Source: Bacteroidales bacterium
GTDB taxonomy: Bacteria; Bacteroidota; Bacteroidia; Bacteroidales; VadinHA17
Direction: 5' to 3'
DNA length: 61,691 nucleotides
Assembly (NCBI GenBank): GCA_025455395.1
Contig: JALOMO010000023.1
Coordinates: forward strand, 1 to 61,691
Part shown: positions 20,211 through 30,243 of the stretch, in pieces
Numbering within the stretch: position 1 is the stretch's first letter
Layout: each line of letters begins with the position of its first letter
Made by a program: the position numbers and the translations under genes
Notes under the pieces: generated by a model
What the model was told of the DNA's origin: nothing
The model's database searches: none
Seen by the model: the letters and a program-made list of their open reading frames with translations, nothing else

Positions 20211-20350
20211 CTGGAATAATTCTCAGAGCAAAGCTATTTAAAATTTGGCTTGTCAGGGAAAAATACGGGCTCTTCTCCTTCTCCGGGAGAGGTTCGGAGA
20301 AGGAGAAAGATCCAAAGTAATACTGAATTTATACTGTATTCGGATTCTGA

Positions 20351-21904
20351 TCAGTTATCAATTCTTACCGTCAGGCTTCCTCCCTTCTGTCTGGGTGGAA
20401 ATTCCGTCAGAGTGCTAAGGTGTTCATTAAGAAGATCAGTGACCTGTCCTCCCCATGCTATCCCAAGCCTCATGGCCACCTCCCTGCTTTTCCAGTCGGT
20501 ATGTTTTTCAAACGGATCCTGCCTGAGATTTATAAGAAGAGCACTCGGTTCATTGAAATCGAAGAACCCATCTCTTGTTGCCATATGAGATTTCCAGTTG
20601 CCTATCCTGACAGCTGTCAGTTCACTCTCATTGTAGTATATCTCAAAATTCCTTGCCGATGGGGCATCTCCTGTCCAGTGAGCAAGATTATTGATTCCGT
20701 CTATGTACACTTTATGTGAGGCTTTAAGTGTTTCATGAACGTTCTCGATACCTGCCGCAGCTGCGAGTGTTGTAAAGATATCGGTATGGTCCTGTATCCC
20801 GTTTGACACCTTCCCGGCTTTTATCCTGGCAGGCCACCTGACAAGCATAGGCACTCTCACGCCTCCTTCCCATGTGGTGGCTTTCTCGCCCCTGAACGGT
20901 GTTGTCCCTCCATCAGGGAACCAGTCTGCCATTGCTCCGTTGTCAGTGGTAAAGACCACTATGGTATTTTCAGCGATACCCAGATCTTCGAGTTTCTTAA
21001 GTATCTGCCCGACCATGGCGTCAAGTTCCATCATGCCACTACCGTAAATGTCAAACTCAGAGGAATAAGGTGTAGCCAGGTTTTTGCTTTCAGGCTTGAG
21101 ATGTGTGTAAATATGCATCCTCGAAGGACAGAACCAGGTAAAAAATGGCTTGCCCTCCTTTACACTCTTTTCAATGAAAGTCATTGTTCGGGCAAGGAAC
21201 TCCTCATCCACTGTCTCCATTCTTTTTGGGTCAAGCGGACCGGTGTCGGTTATCTTTTGCTTCCCCACTTTTCCAAACCTCGAGTCAACGGTAGGATCAT
21301 CAACTGTCGTGGCAACACAGTCAAGCACTCCGCGGGGCTTGTATCGCTTGTTGAACTCCGGATCAGTTGGCCACATCTCAAGATATGGTTCTTCCTCGGT
21401 ATTCAGATGGTAGAGGTTACCGTAGAATTCATCAAATCCGTGGACTGTCGGGAGATGTTCATTCCTGTCACCGATATGGTTCTTCCCAAACTGTCCTGTT
21501 TTATACCCTGCTGTCTTAAGCAACTCGGCAAGCGTCGGATCCTTCTCACTGATACCGATCGGAGAACCTGCCTGTCCTACAGTTGTCAGTCCGGTTCTTA
21601 TCGGGAGCTGCCCTGTGATCATCATTGCCCTGCTAGGGGTTGAACTGGGTTGTGAATAATGATCGGTGAAAAGCATACCCTCACTGGCGATTCGGTCAAT
21701 GTTGGGCGTAGGTGCCATCATTCCGCGGCTGTAGGCTCCCACATTCCAGTAACCCACGTCATCAGGCATTATAACAATGATATTAGGTTTGGTGTGAAGT
21801 TTGTCAGCCTGCTTACTGGCAGATTTCAGTTTCTGTCCGTAAATATCTACAATGATCAGCATCAGCGGAACAACTGTGAACCAGAAGAAAAGATTTTTTC
21901 TCAT
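20351..21904 (-). CDS. Arylsulfatase-family sulfatase, Ser-type
   Basis: Signal peptide. Metal site IMPDDVGY. Sulfatase signature S-T-P-S-R-AMMITG (codons at 21629-21643), with Ser where formylglycine forms. Confidence 0.9.
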   Translation of the reverse strand: MRKNLFFWFTVVPLMLIIVDIYGQKLKSASKQADKLHTKPNIIVIMPDDVGYWNVGAYSRGMMAPTPNIDRIASEGMLFTDHYSQPSSTPSRAMMITGQLPIRTGLTTVGQAGSPIGISEKDPTLAELLKTAGYKTGQFGKNHIGDRNEHLPTVHGFDEFYGNLYHLNTEEEPYLEMWPTDPEFNKRYKPRGVLDCVATTVDDPTVDSRFGKVGKQKITDTGPLDPKRMETVDEEFLARTMTFIEKSVKEGKPFFTWFCPSRMHIYTHLKPESKNLATPYSSEFDIYGSGMMELDAMVGQILKKLEDLGIAENTIVVFTTDNGAMADWFPDGGTTPFRGEKATTWEGGVRVPMLVRWPARIKAGKVSNGIQDHTDIFTTLAAAAGIENVHETLKASHKVYIDGINNLAHWTGDAPSARNFEIYYNESELTAVRIGNWKSHMATRDGFFDFNEPSALLINLRQDPFEKHTDWKSREVAMRLGIAWGGQVTDLLNEHLSTLTEFPPRQKGGSLTVRIDN

Positions 21905-22202
21905 AAGCTTGAGGTTTAATGGTCTGAAAATATTTGTTTTAGTCTTGTCCGTCGGTTTTGGGAGTTACCTCTTATTCCGCCGGATTTTCTTTATTTCGGT
22001 TTCAATATTGATCTCTTGTAATTTCATTACTTTATCGTCATCATGGACTGTTATATCTGATTTTTTACGGCACCCAATTATGTAAATTTAAGAATAAAAG
22101 TCTTTGAATACTCTAAAGATATTTTAAGCAGACTCTGCATTTGAAGAAATAGTCAGCTTATATATTGGCTGGCATCAATGGTCTGATCTTAATTCAGTTA
22201 TG

Positions 22203-24629
22203 TCAGTTCCTCATCATAGCGCGTTGAGCTTCCTGTTGGAGGTCAACATATGCGGCTTTTTCAACAGTTACACCAACGAACTGTATCTCACCTCCCCTGA
22301 AAGTCCCGGGTGTCTTATATTCCCGGCTGACGGCATCGCCGCTGTCATAGCCTACACATAATCCGTCACCTGAAAGGGTGAATTTCCCGGGCTGAGTTTT
22401 CCATGGGCCTTCTGCTACCATTTTGTCATCAATGTATAGTTTGGCCTGCCCGATTGATTCATGGTGTTCTCCTCCCTTTTCCCTGATAAACTCAACACCA
22501 AACGTATGTTTCCCGGGTGTTAGCATGCCTGAAACCAGTTTCTGCTCTGTAATCCCGAGGAAATTGTATGCATAGTATAACTTTTTGTCCTTTATGAACA
22601 GTGTGTGTCCTCCAAACCTGGATCCATGGGCAAAGATCACACCTGAGAAGTCTGGGCCAGTTATATCAACGCCTGCAAGAATCTTGTATGACCTGTTCCG
22701 GATATTCACTGCCACTCCTTCAGGAACGGGAGCAGTCTCAGGATAATATATATATCTCTCCTTTGCAGGCTCTGAAGTTGGGCGCTCGATATTCAGCTGC
22801 TCTAGAGCGCTTCTGTCATCGATTGGAAGGACGTTGTTTTTCTCAGCTTCCGAGAACCACAGATCAATAAGATGTTTCAGTTTTTCAGGATTCTCTTCTG
22901 AAAGGTCAGTTGATTCTGATCTGTCTTCATTTACATTATAAAGATGCCACTGATCCTGATCAAATTTGCCCCTCCCGCTTATTGGTGAGTGAACCGCAAC
23001 TGCCTTCCATCCCTCTTCCCATACTGCCCTTGTTCCAAGCATGGCATAATACTGCACCTTCTTTTGTGTGGGTGCATCTGGTGTAGCATCAAAAGTATAT
23101 TTCATTGATACACCGGATAACGGATATTGCTCAATTCCGCGATATACCGCAGGCATTTCAAGGCCGCAAATTTCAAGAATTGTCGGCACAATATCAGTTG
23201 AATGGTGATATTGATTTCTGATCTCACCACGAGCCTTTATCCCTTTTGGCCATGAGATCACAAGCGGATCGCATGTGCCTCCTGCCAGATTAGCATAACG
23301 CTTGAACATCTGGAACGGTGTTGAAAATGCTGCTGCCCATCCGGTGGGGAAGTGCTCATAAGTATCAGGGCCACCCATTTCATCGAGATATTTGAGATTT
23401 TCAGCAAGGTCATCGGGGTAGCCGTTAAAGAATTTGTTTTCATTGACAGAACCGTTAGGTGTACCTTCTCCTGAGGCGCCGTTATCGGCGGCGTAGATAA
23501 CCACCGTATTTTCCAGCTGTCCTGTCTGTTCCAGATAGTCTATGACCCTTCCTATCTGAACATCTGTATACTCTGAAAAACCGGCATAAACCTCTGCAAG
23601 ACGTGAGAAGAGCCTCTTTTCATCGTCATTCAGTGTTTCCCATGGGCGTACATAGTCAGCAGGGTTTGCTACATCCTCGGGCATCGGATTCAGTGGTGTA
23701 AGTTTTGTCCCCTCAGGCATCACACCCTTTTCTATCATCCGGGCAAGCACCCATTCGCGGTAGGCCTCATAGCCACCATCAAATTTGCCTTTATACTTAT
23801 CAATGTACTCCTGCGGTGCATGATGCGGAGCGTGGTTGGCACCGGGGCAATACCACATATACCATGGTCTTGACGGGTTGGTGGCTTTCTGGTCCCTTAT
23901 CATCTTTATGGCCTGGTCAGCGAGGTCCTTTGAAAGGTGATATCCATCTTCAGGCCCGTATGGCGCCTCGATGAAACGGTTATCTTCCACAAGGTCAGGG
24001 TACCACTGGTTGGTCTCTCCGCCCAGGAAACCGTAGAACCTGTCAAACCCCTGCTGAAGAGGCCAGTACTTTCTGCTTGCACCGGAGGCAACATCCTGCT
24101 CGGGAACATTATGGTTTTTACCCAGCCAGAATGTACTCCAGCCATTATCCTGAAGGATCTGACCTATGGTTGCACATTCTTCAGGAAGATATCCGCTCGC
24201 ACCGGGAAATCCGTTTGCTCCCTCAGTTATTGCAGCCATTCCGTTCAGATGGTGATTCCTGCCTGTCAGGAGCGTTGATCGTGTCGGAGATGAAAGTGCT
24301 GTAGTATGCCACTGTGTATACATCAGCCCATTGGCAGCAAGCCTGTCAAGGGTAGGCATGTTGATGGCGCCTCCGTAGGGCGACCATGCTGCAAGGCCTG
24401 TATCATCATACAGGACAAACAGAATGTTCGGAGCTCCTTCAGGGGCCTTTTTTGGCAGGAATGGTGTCCAATCGGCTTCGGAATCACGGACGTCAAGGTT
24501 AATAACTCCCTTGAAAGGAATCTTAGCTGCAGATCCGGAAGGATCTTTCTGCTGCTGTGTACATCCCATAGTAAGAGCCAGGGAAGACAACATCAATGCC
24601 TGTGCAGTTCTTTCATTCTTCATTTTCAT
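22203..24629 (-). CDS. Large arylsulfatase (about 800 aa, AtsA-like with a C-terminal extension), Ser-type lipoprotein
   Basis: Lipobox LTMGC. FVLYDDTG. Signature S-S-P-T-R-STLLTGRNHH (codons at 24279-24293). ADNG and WPKG blocks. Confidence 0.9.
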   Translation of the reverse strand: MKMKNERTAQALMLSSLALTMGCTQQQKDPSGSAAKIPFKGVINLDVRDSEADWTPFLPKKAPEGAPNILFVLYDDTGLAAWSPYGGAINMPTLDRLAANGLMYTQWHTTALSSPTRSTLLTGRNHHLNGMAAITEGANGFPGASGYLPEECATIGQILQDNGWSTFWLGKNHNVPEQDVASGASRKYWPLQQGFDRFYGFLGGETNQWYPDLVEDNRFIEAPYGPEDGYHLSKDLADQAIKMIRDQKATNPSRPWYMWYCPGANHAPHHAPQEYIDKYKGKFDGGYEAYREWVLARMIEKGVMPEGTKLTPLNPMPEDVANPADYVRPWETLNDDEKRLFSRLAEVYAGFSEYTDVQIGRVIDYLEQTGQLENTVVIYAADNGASGEGTPNGSVNENKFFNGYPDDLAENLKYLDEMGGPDTYEHFPTGWAAAFSTPFQMFKRYANLAGGTCDPLVISWPKGIKARGEIRNQYHHSTDIVPTILEICGLEMPAVYRGIEQYPLSGVSMKYTFDATPDAPTQKKVQYYAMLGTRAVWEEGWKAVAVHSPISGRGKFDQDQWHLYNVNEDRSESTDLSEENPEKLKHLIDLWFSEAEKNNVLPIDDRSALEQLNIERPTSEPAKERYIYYPETAPVPEGVAVNIRNRSYKILAGVDITGPDFSGVIFAHGSRFGGHTLFIKDKKLYYAYNFLGITEQKLVSGMLTPGKHTFGVEFIREKGGEHHESIGQAKLYIDDKMVAEGPWKTQPGKFTLSGDGLCVGYDSGDAVSREYKTPGTFRGGEIQFVGVTVEKAAYVDLQQEAQRAMMRN

Positions 24630-25027
24630 TCAATTAAGGTTAAGACAAGTTGAGTTCTGAATGATGTCTGCTTTCATTCAGACTTTTCAACGTTCTAAAT
24701 TAGTTTTTTTTATATTCAAACGCGATTTTAGCATGCGGTTCATCGCATAAATCATAATCGACGAGACAGGTAAAATCAGGCAATTTTACTATTTCCGACA
24801 GCTTTGGATATCGTATCCTGTTTTATCTTAACAATTGACCAAGATATACTTTCCGTATACTTTCAGGAGGGTCTCAGGTATTTGTATTTTTTTAAGATTT
24901 TGGCTTCAGGTTTCCGCCTGGGGTGCAGATTGATCTATCTGAACTATTTTTTAACTTTACAAATATTAAAAGCATTCTTACATTCTCACTGATGATCTTA
25001 AGAGCTCTAGAAATCAAACGAAATAGT

Positions 25028-25693
25028 ATGAAAAAAAGGATTCTTCTCCTCCTCATGGTACTTACATGTGTTGCCGTCCGGTCTCAGTCTCAGGTTACAT
25101 CGGAACAGGCTTATGTTGAGGATGAAAAGATCAAATCACTGTTCAGCAATATCGGACAAATGGGATGGTGGCTCTCTGCAGATTTTGCATGGTCGAAATT
25201 TGACGGCAGGAATGGGTTCCTGGGTGGAATGAGCGGAGGGATAATCATTAACCATTCATATTCCATTGGAGGTGCCGGATATTGGATCATCCCTTCGCAA
25301 AACCTCAGTTTCAGCGGCATAAATGATACCGCTGACGTGTACCTTTACGGTGGGTATGGCGGATTGAAGCTTGAATACCGGCTGAATCCCACTAAACTGG
25401 TAAGTATTGCATTCCCTCTGCTTATTGGCGGAGGAGGTGCTGCATACAGCACCTGGGGACCGAAGGACTGGTACAACACGCATCATGATGACCTTTTCGG
25501 CAACAGTTATATATGGGACAGTTATTTTGTGATCGAGCCCGGTGTTACAGTCGGAATCAACATCCTGAGTTTTATGCGGATGGATGCCGGTATTGGCTAT
25601 CGCCTTACAACAGGTATAGATCTGCCGGATGTCAGCAGAGATATGTTCAACAATTTTAATGCGACAATATCCATGAAATTCGGGATATTCTGA
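25028..25693 (+). CDS. Hypothetical Gly-rich secreted or outer-membrane protein
   Basis: ATG at 25028 gives MKKRILLLLMVLTCVAVRSQSQ, a signal peptide. Gly/aromatic-rich with C-terminal ...MKFGIF. The longer ORF from 24923 has no signal-like N-terminus. Confidence 0.5.
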   Translation: MKKRILLLLMVLTCVAVRSQSQVTSEQAYVEDEKIKSLFSNIGQMGWWLSADFAWSKFDGRNGFLGGMSGGIIINHSYSIGGAGYWIIPSQNLSFSGINDTADVYLYGGYGGLKLEYRLNPTKLVSIAFPLLIGGGGAAYSTWGPKDWYNTHHDDLFGNSYIWDSYFVIEPGVTVGINILSFMRMDAGIGYRLTTGIDLPDVSRDMFNNFNATISMKFGIF

Positions 25694-25822
25694 TTATCAA
25701 ATGATACCAGCCCATGATTGAGAAATTGGGTACTGAATAGGAATAACTTGAAGACTCAGCGTTTTAGAATTTCATTCTTCTTCATGATCAGAATTGGCTC
25801 CCAGGAATTCCCGGGTTAAGGA

Positions 25823-26113
25823 CTACTCAATCTTTGCAAGCCTGAAGGGGCGTATCTCGATCTTCTGCCATACACCTTTGATGATGTAAGGCTCATTTTT
25901 AAGCCTCTCATCCATTGTTTTCCTGTCAGGGAATTCATACACAACCATCGATCCGATCATACTACCTGAATCATCAAGAATGGCACCCCCTGATATGAAT
26001 TCTCCGCTTCTTTTCATGAGAGCAACCTTGTCGAGGTGTTCCTGCCTGACATTCATCCGTCTTGCAGAAGCATCATCATCTGTTCCGTCGTAGGCTATTA
26101 GTAGAAATTGCAT
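25823..26113 (-). CDS. YciI-family protein
   Basis: 96 aa. MQFLLIAYDGTDDDASARRMNVRQEHLD... is typical of the YciI-like fold family. Confidence 0.75.
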   Translation of the reverse strand: MQFLLIAYDGTDDDASARRMNVRQEHLDKVALMKRSGEFISGGAILDDSGSMIGSMVVYEFPDRKTMDERLKNEPYIIKGVWQKIEIRPFRLAKIE

Positions 26114-26212
26114 TTCGGTTACTTTTATTTATCCTAAAGTAAAACTAACTAAATCATACAAAGCAATAGCTTAACTACCCTATCATCTGGAGATTTCACG
26201 TGCGGGTTAAAC

Positions 26213-28887
26213 TTAATTTTTATCCTTCCCGGTGAATTCTGTGCCTTTAAGGAAGCTTTTGCTTACTCCGCCTTCGAGCAGTTCTTTCGGGTCAATGAAG
26301 CCAAAGATCTGGATTATCTTAGCCACCACGCCACTCCATCCGGTCTGGTGACTGGCTCCGAGCCCGGCACCGTTATCGCCATGGAAATACTCATAAAAAA
26401 GTATAAGGTCACGCCAGTGCGGGTCAATCTGGAATTTATCCGTGCCTCCGTAAACCGGGCGCATGCCCTTTGCATCACGGGTAAAGATGCTGGTGATACG
26501 TGCTCCGAGCTCCCTGCTTACCTCAAAAAGGTTCATCATCTTGCCCGAGCCTGTCGGGCATTCTACCTTGAAATTATCTCCGTAGTAGAGGTAGAATTGT
26601 TGCAGAGCCCTTATTATCAGCAGGTTTATCGGCATCCACATAGGTCCTCGCCAGTTCGAGTTTCCGCCAAACATACCGGTATCTGACTCTGCAGGCAGGT
26701 ACCCAACGCGGAACTCCTGGCCTCCGACGTGTAATATATAGGGATTATTCTCATGGAATTTAGAAATTGACCTGATGCCATGAGGGCCGAAGAACTCATT
26801 CTCGTCAAGCATCCTGGAAAGGATTTTTCTGAGCCTGTCGGGATTCACAAGGGCAAGAATGCCCCTTTCGTTTATCCCAAAATGACCCTTACCTGTAGGG
26901 TGTATTGACTCCATCAGTTCCGGCATCCTGCGCTGGTTTTTCCATATGGTCGCCATGGCAGCAGGGACTCTGTCACGCTGCTCCTTCTCAACAATACTTG
27001 TTGCGCAGAGAGGGAGCAAGCCTACCAGTGACCTTACCTTAAGCTTACGGGCACTACCGTCAGGCATGCGGAGCAGGTCATAGTAGAACCCGTCCTCATC
27101 ATCCCACATTCCGTCCGGACCTTTCTTATTCATTGCGGCTGCAATGAAGAGGAAATGTTGAGCTGTTCAAGGTTTCCGCCTGTTGGCAGTGGAGCGCTAC
27201 GGTCAAAAATGCCAATATTATCAAGGCCAAGAAAACCACCCTCAAATACATTTTTACCATACCTGTCTTTACGGTTCACCCACCATGTAAAGTTTATAAG
27301 CAGTTTATTAAAGGTTGACCGTAAAAAGTTCAGATCTGCCTCGCCTTTAATAGCTTTATCTGTCCTGTGAAGAAACATGCTGGCCCAGGCATGCACCGGT
27401 GGGTTGACATCACTGAAGTTCCATTCGTATGCCGGCATCTGGCCGTTAGGGTGAAGGTAAATGGAACGGAGCATCAGTTCCATCTGCCCTTTTGCAAATT
27501 CAGGGTCAACAATGGAGAGGGGCAGGGTATGGAAGGCAAGGTCCCAGGCTGCATACCACGGATATTCCCATTTATCCGGCATGGAGATTATGTCCATGTT
27601 CAGCATATGATACCATTCGGTATTTCGCTTTTCACGGTATCCTGAATGGAGAGGGTTAGAGTTATGTTCGTCGAGCCAATTGTCACCGTCAAAGAAAAAG
27701 AACTGTTTGCTCCAGAGCATGCCGGCAAGGGCCTGTCGCATCACATTTGCCTCGTCAGCACTGACCGCAGGAGGGGTTACGGATCTGTAAAATGAATCAG
27801 CCTCATTGATCCTTTTATCAAACAGAGCATCAAAGTTGTCGCCAAATGGATCTGCGTTGTTTTCCTCAGATTTTTTTGTCAGTCTTAAACGGACCACCGA
27901 AGTTTCACCGGCTCCGACTGTTAGCTGGTAATGTGGTGCGGCTTTGGTTCCCTGTTTTTCAGGGTTCACTTTGTCACTCAGTCCCTGTACAACAAAGTCG
28001 TTTATTCCGTCTTTTGCGTAAGGGCTTTCGTTCTTCTGCCCGGGGAATAGCCGCTCATGGTTTGTTTCGTTCTCGGTAAAAAGCAAGGGTACATCTCCCT
28101 CACAGGATAAAGTAAATTCACCGAGGAGTGAATGGCTTACAGTAAGAACACTTATTCCCTTCGGTGCCTTGATCTGTGAAAGTATCGGTTTAGATATTGC
28201 CCTGTTTGAACTGGCTATCCATGATGACCAGTCGTTACGAAACCAGATTGTCGGCAGCAGATGCAGCTCAGCAGCCTCCGGACCACGGTTGGTAGCACTT
28301 ATCCTGACAAGTATATCTTCCGGACTATTCTTGGCATATTCGGTAAAAACGTCGAAATAGCGGTCTTCATCAAAAATACCGGTATCAAGCAACTCATATT
28401 CCATCTCCTCGCGTGAACGTTGTCCGTTCACCCGTACAAGCTCTTCATAGGGATAGGGTGCCTGCGGATACTTATAAAGATATTTCATATAGGCATGCGA
28501 AGGGGTGTTGTCAAGGTAGAAGTAGTACTCCTTGACATCCTCTCCATGGTTCCCCTGGCTATTGGTAAGTCCGAACAGCCGTTCTTTAAGAATAGGATCC
28601 CTTCCGTTCCAAAGGGCAACAGCAAAACAGAGATGTTGCCTGTCATCAGAGATGCCGGCAATGCCATCCTCTCCCCAGCGGTAAGCACGGGAGCGGGCAT
28701 GGTCATGCGTAAAAAAATTCCAGGCATCACCATTCTCACTGTAATCTTCCCTCACGGTACCCCACTGCCGTTCACTCAGATAGGGGCCCCACTTCTTCCA
28801 CGGGGCTTGCTTATTCTTGTCGTCCTCGAGACGTTTAATCTCAGCCTGGGGCTCTGATGGAACAGGCTTATTGTTATCTGCCTTCAT
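26213..28887 (-). pseudogene. GH63-like (MGH1-like) glucosidase, disrupted into two ORFs (585 aa + 306 aa)
   Basis: The N-terminal ORF (27130-28887) carries PWKKWGPYLSERQWGTVREDYS...HDHARSRAYRWGEDG and ends ...PLPTGGNLEQ + LNISSSLQPQ*. The second frame opens right after a TGA at 27167-27169 and reads TAQHFLFIAAAMNKKGPDGMWDDEDGFYYD. The two halves are consecutive parts of one protein family in different frames. Confidence 0.7.
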
Positions 28888-29045
28888 TTGTAAATTGGAT
28901 TTATTTCTTTATCAAATTTAATAAAATTAATGGGTTCCTCTTTTCAGGTTACATTCTGTCTTAGGAGAATAAGAAGTAATATCTGATTTTAACAATATTT
29001 TGTTCAGATGTTACAAAACGAAAGAGGCAGATAATAAGCGCAACA

Positions 29046-29666
29046 TTAAGAGCCTGCCTGCATATTTATAAGTTTCAGGGTTTGATTATATATTATCATT
29101 AGTCCCAGAGCTACCTGGATAATTCCGAGTATTGCCCCCAGCAGGCCAAGAAAAATTGTAAGGAATTTATAAATGTAACGGGTTACAAGCATCAGAATCA
29201 GGTTCAGGGCCATTATAACAAGCACTGTCAAACCGATGGTCAATTTGCCGTTAAGATCAGGGCTCAGGGCCAGAAATACAATCACTGCAGCAATACCATA
29301 TGGTGTAACAATGGTCGGAAAGGCCAGCGGATTAAGAGCCATGTCAAGGGTCGGGACTATAGCCTGTTCTGCTTCTGATGATGGTGAGGCAAACTGCCTG
29401 ATTATAGTCTGGAGTGCCACGAGGAATAGAATAAGTGCTCCGGATATTGCAAGAATGGGAAGTGGTATCTCGAAATTGCTCAGTATTCTTTGTCCCAGAG
29501 CAGCCGCCAGTATGAGTGCAACACTAGAATAAATCATTGCCCGGAATGCTAACTGGCGGGTTAGCTTTGCATCTGCCCCCTCTGTAATCTTTGCAAAAGG
29601 ACCAATTATCTTGAATGGTCCGAGCATAAGGAACAGAAACGTGAAAATCTGCATTTTTAGTGGCAT
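29046..29666 (-). CDS. MarC-family (UPF0056) integral membrane protein
   Basis: 206 aa with about six TM helices. N-terminal FTFLFLMLGPFKIIGPF is typical of the MarC family. Confidence 0.8.
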   Translation of the reverse strand: MPLKMQIFTFLFLMLGPFKIIGPFAKITEGADAKLTRQLAFRAMIYSSVALILAAALGQRILSNFEIPLPILAISGALILFLVALQTIIRQFASPSSEAEQAIVPTLDMALNPLAFPTIVTPYGIAAVIVFLALSPDLNGKLTIGLTVLVIMALNLILMLVTRYIYKFLTIFLGLLGAILGIIQVALGLMIIYNQTLKLINMQAGS

Positions 29667-29887
29667 GGCCCTGGAATTTAGATTAATAAACTAATGTTAT
29701 ACAAGAGCTTAATACTATGGAGTATTAGCATATCATAAATAAAGTTATGAAAAACATTCATGTCATCCAAGAAATCATCTGTTTCTGGCACATTTTCAGG
29801 GATAAGTTATAATTCTTGAGGGGCAATTCTAATGTGCTGATTTTATTTAATATAGGATGGCCCCTTTATTATGCGTATCTTTGCACC

Positions 29888-30133
29888 ATGAAAAATGAAA
29901 CAACTATTCCGGTTTTAAAGGTGGAAGATCTTGCTGCGATGGAGAGACGCAGAGTAAATTATGCGACCAACAGGGACCTGCTGGCCCAGGAATTTAATGA
30001 CGCGATTGCCAAGAGGCTTTTACAGGAAGCTAAAAATGTAATTAAATGTGACAAGTGCGGCAAGGAGTTTGAATCGGGAAAAGCCGCTGATGCATCTCTG
30101 ACCTGCCCGGAGTGTGTTGGCAAAGACAAATAA
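29888..30133 (+). CDS. Small zinc-ribbon protein (81 aa)
   Basis: ATG at 29888 (MKNETTIPVLK...). C-terminal CDKCG...(17 aa)...CPEC zinc-ribbon motif. Followed by a strong hairpin. Confidence 0.5.
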   Translation: MKNETTIPVLKVEDLAAMERRRVNYATNRDLLAQEFNDAIAKRLLQEAKNVIKCDKCGKEFESGKAADASLTCPECVGKDK

Positions 30134-30152
30134 TTAATTTTCAATACTATAT

Positions 30153-30180
30153 ATTGCCGATGGCTTAAGCCCTCGGCAAT
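30153..30180. terminator. Candidate bidirectional stem-loop terminator between convergent genes
   Basis: ATTGCCGA-T-GGCTT/AAGCC-C-TCGGCAAT forms 13 bp of pairing with one bulge on each side. It sits between the 29888-30133 (+) and 30244-31320 (-) genes. Confidence 0.5.
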
Positions 30181-30243
30181 ATGTTCAGCTTATGTAAAAG
30201 GGTTTTCGCCTAAATACAGATAATTCCTCTGTGTTAATTATTT

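Noticed and set aside
20250-20588. 112-aa plus-strand ORF between the LytTR and sulfatase genes
   Set aside because: It mostly overlaps the 3' end of the sulfatase gene on the opposite strand. The product is Arg/Ser-rich with no recognisable features.
24656-24682. 9-bp hairpin TCTGAATGA(N9)TCATTCAGA just upstream of the large sulfatase start
   Set aside because: No upstream plus-strand gene exists for it to terminate. On the minus strand it would sit in the 5' leader, with no supporting evidence for a regulatory role.
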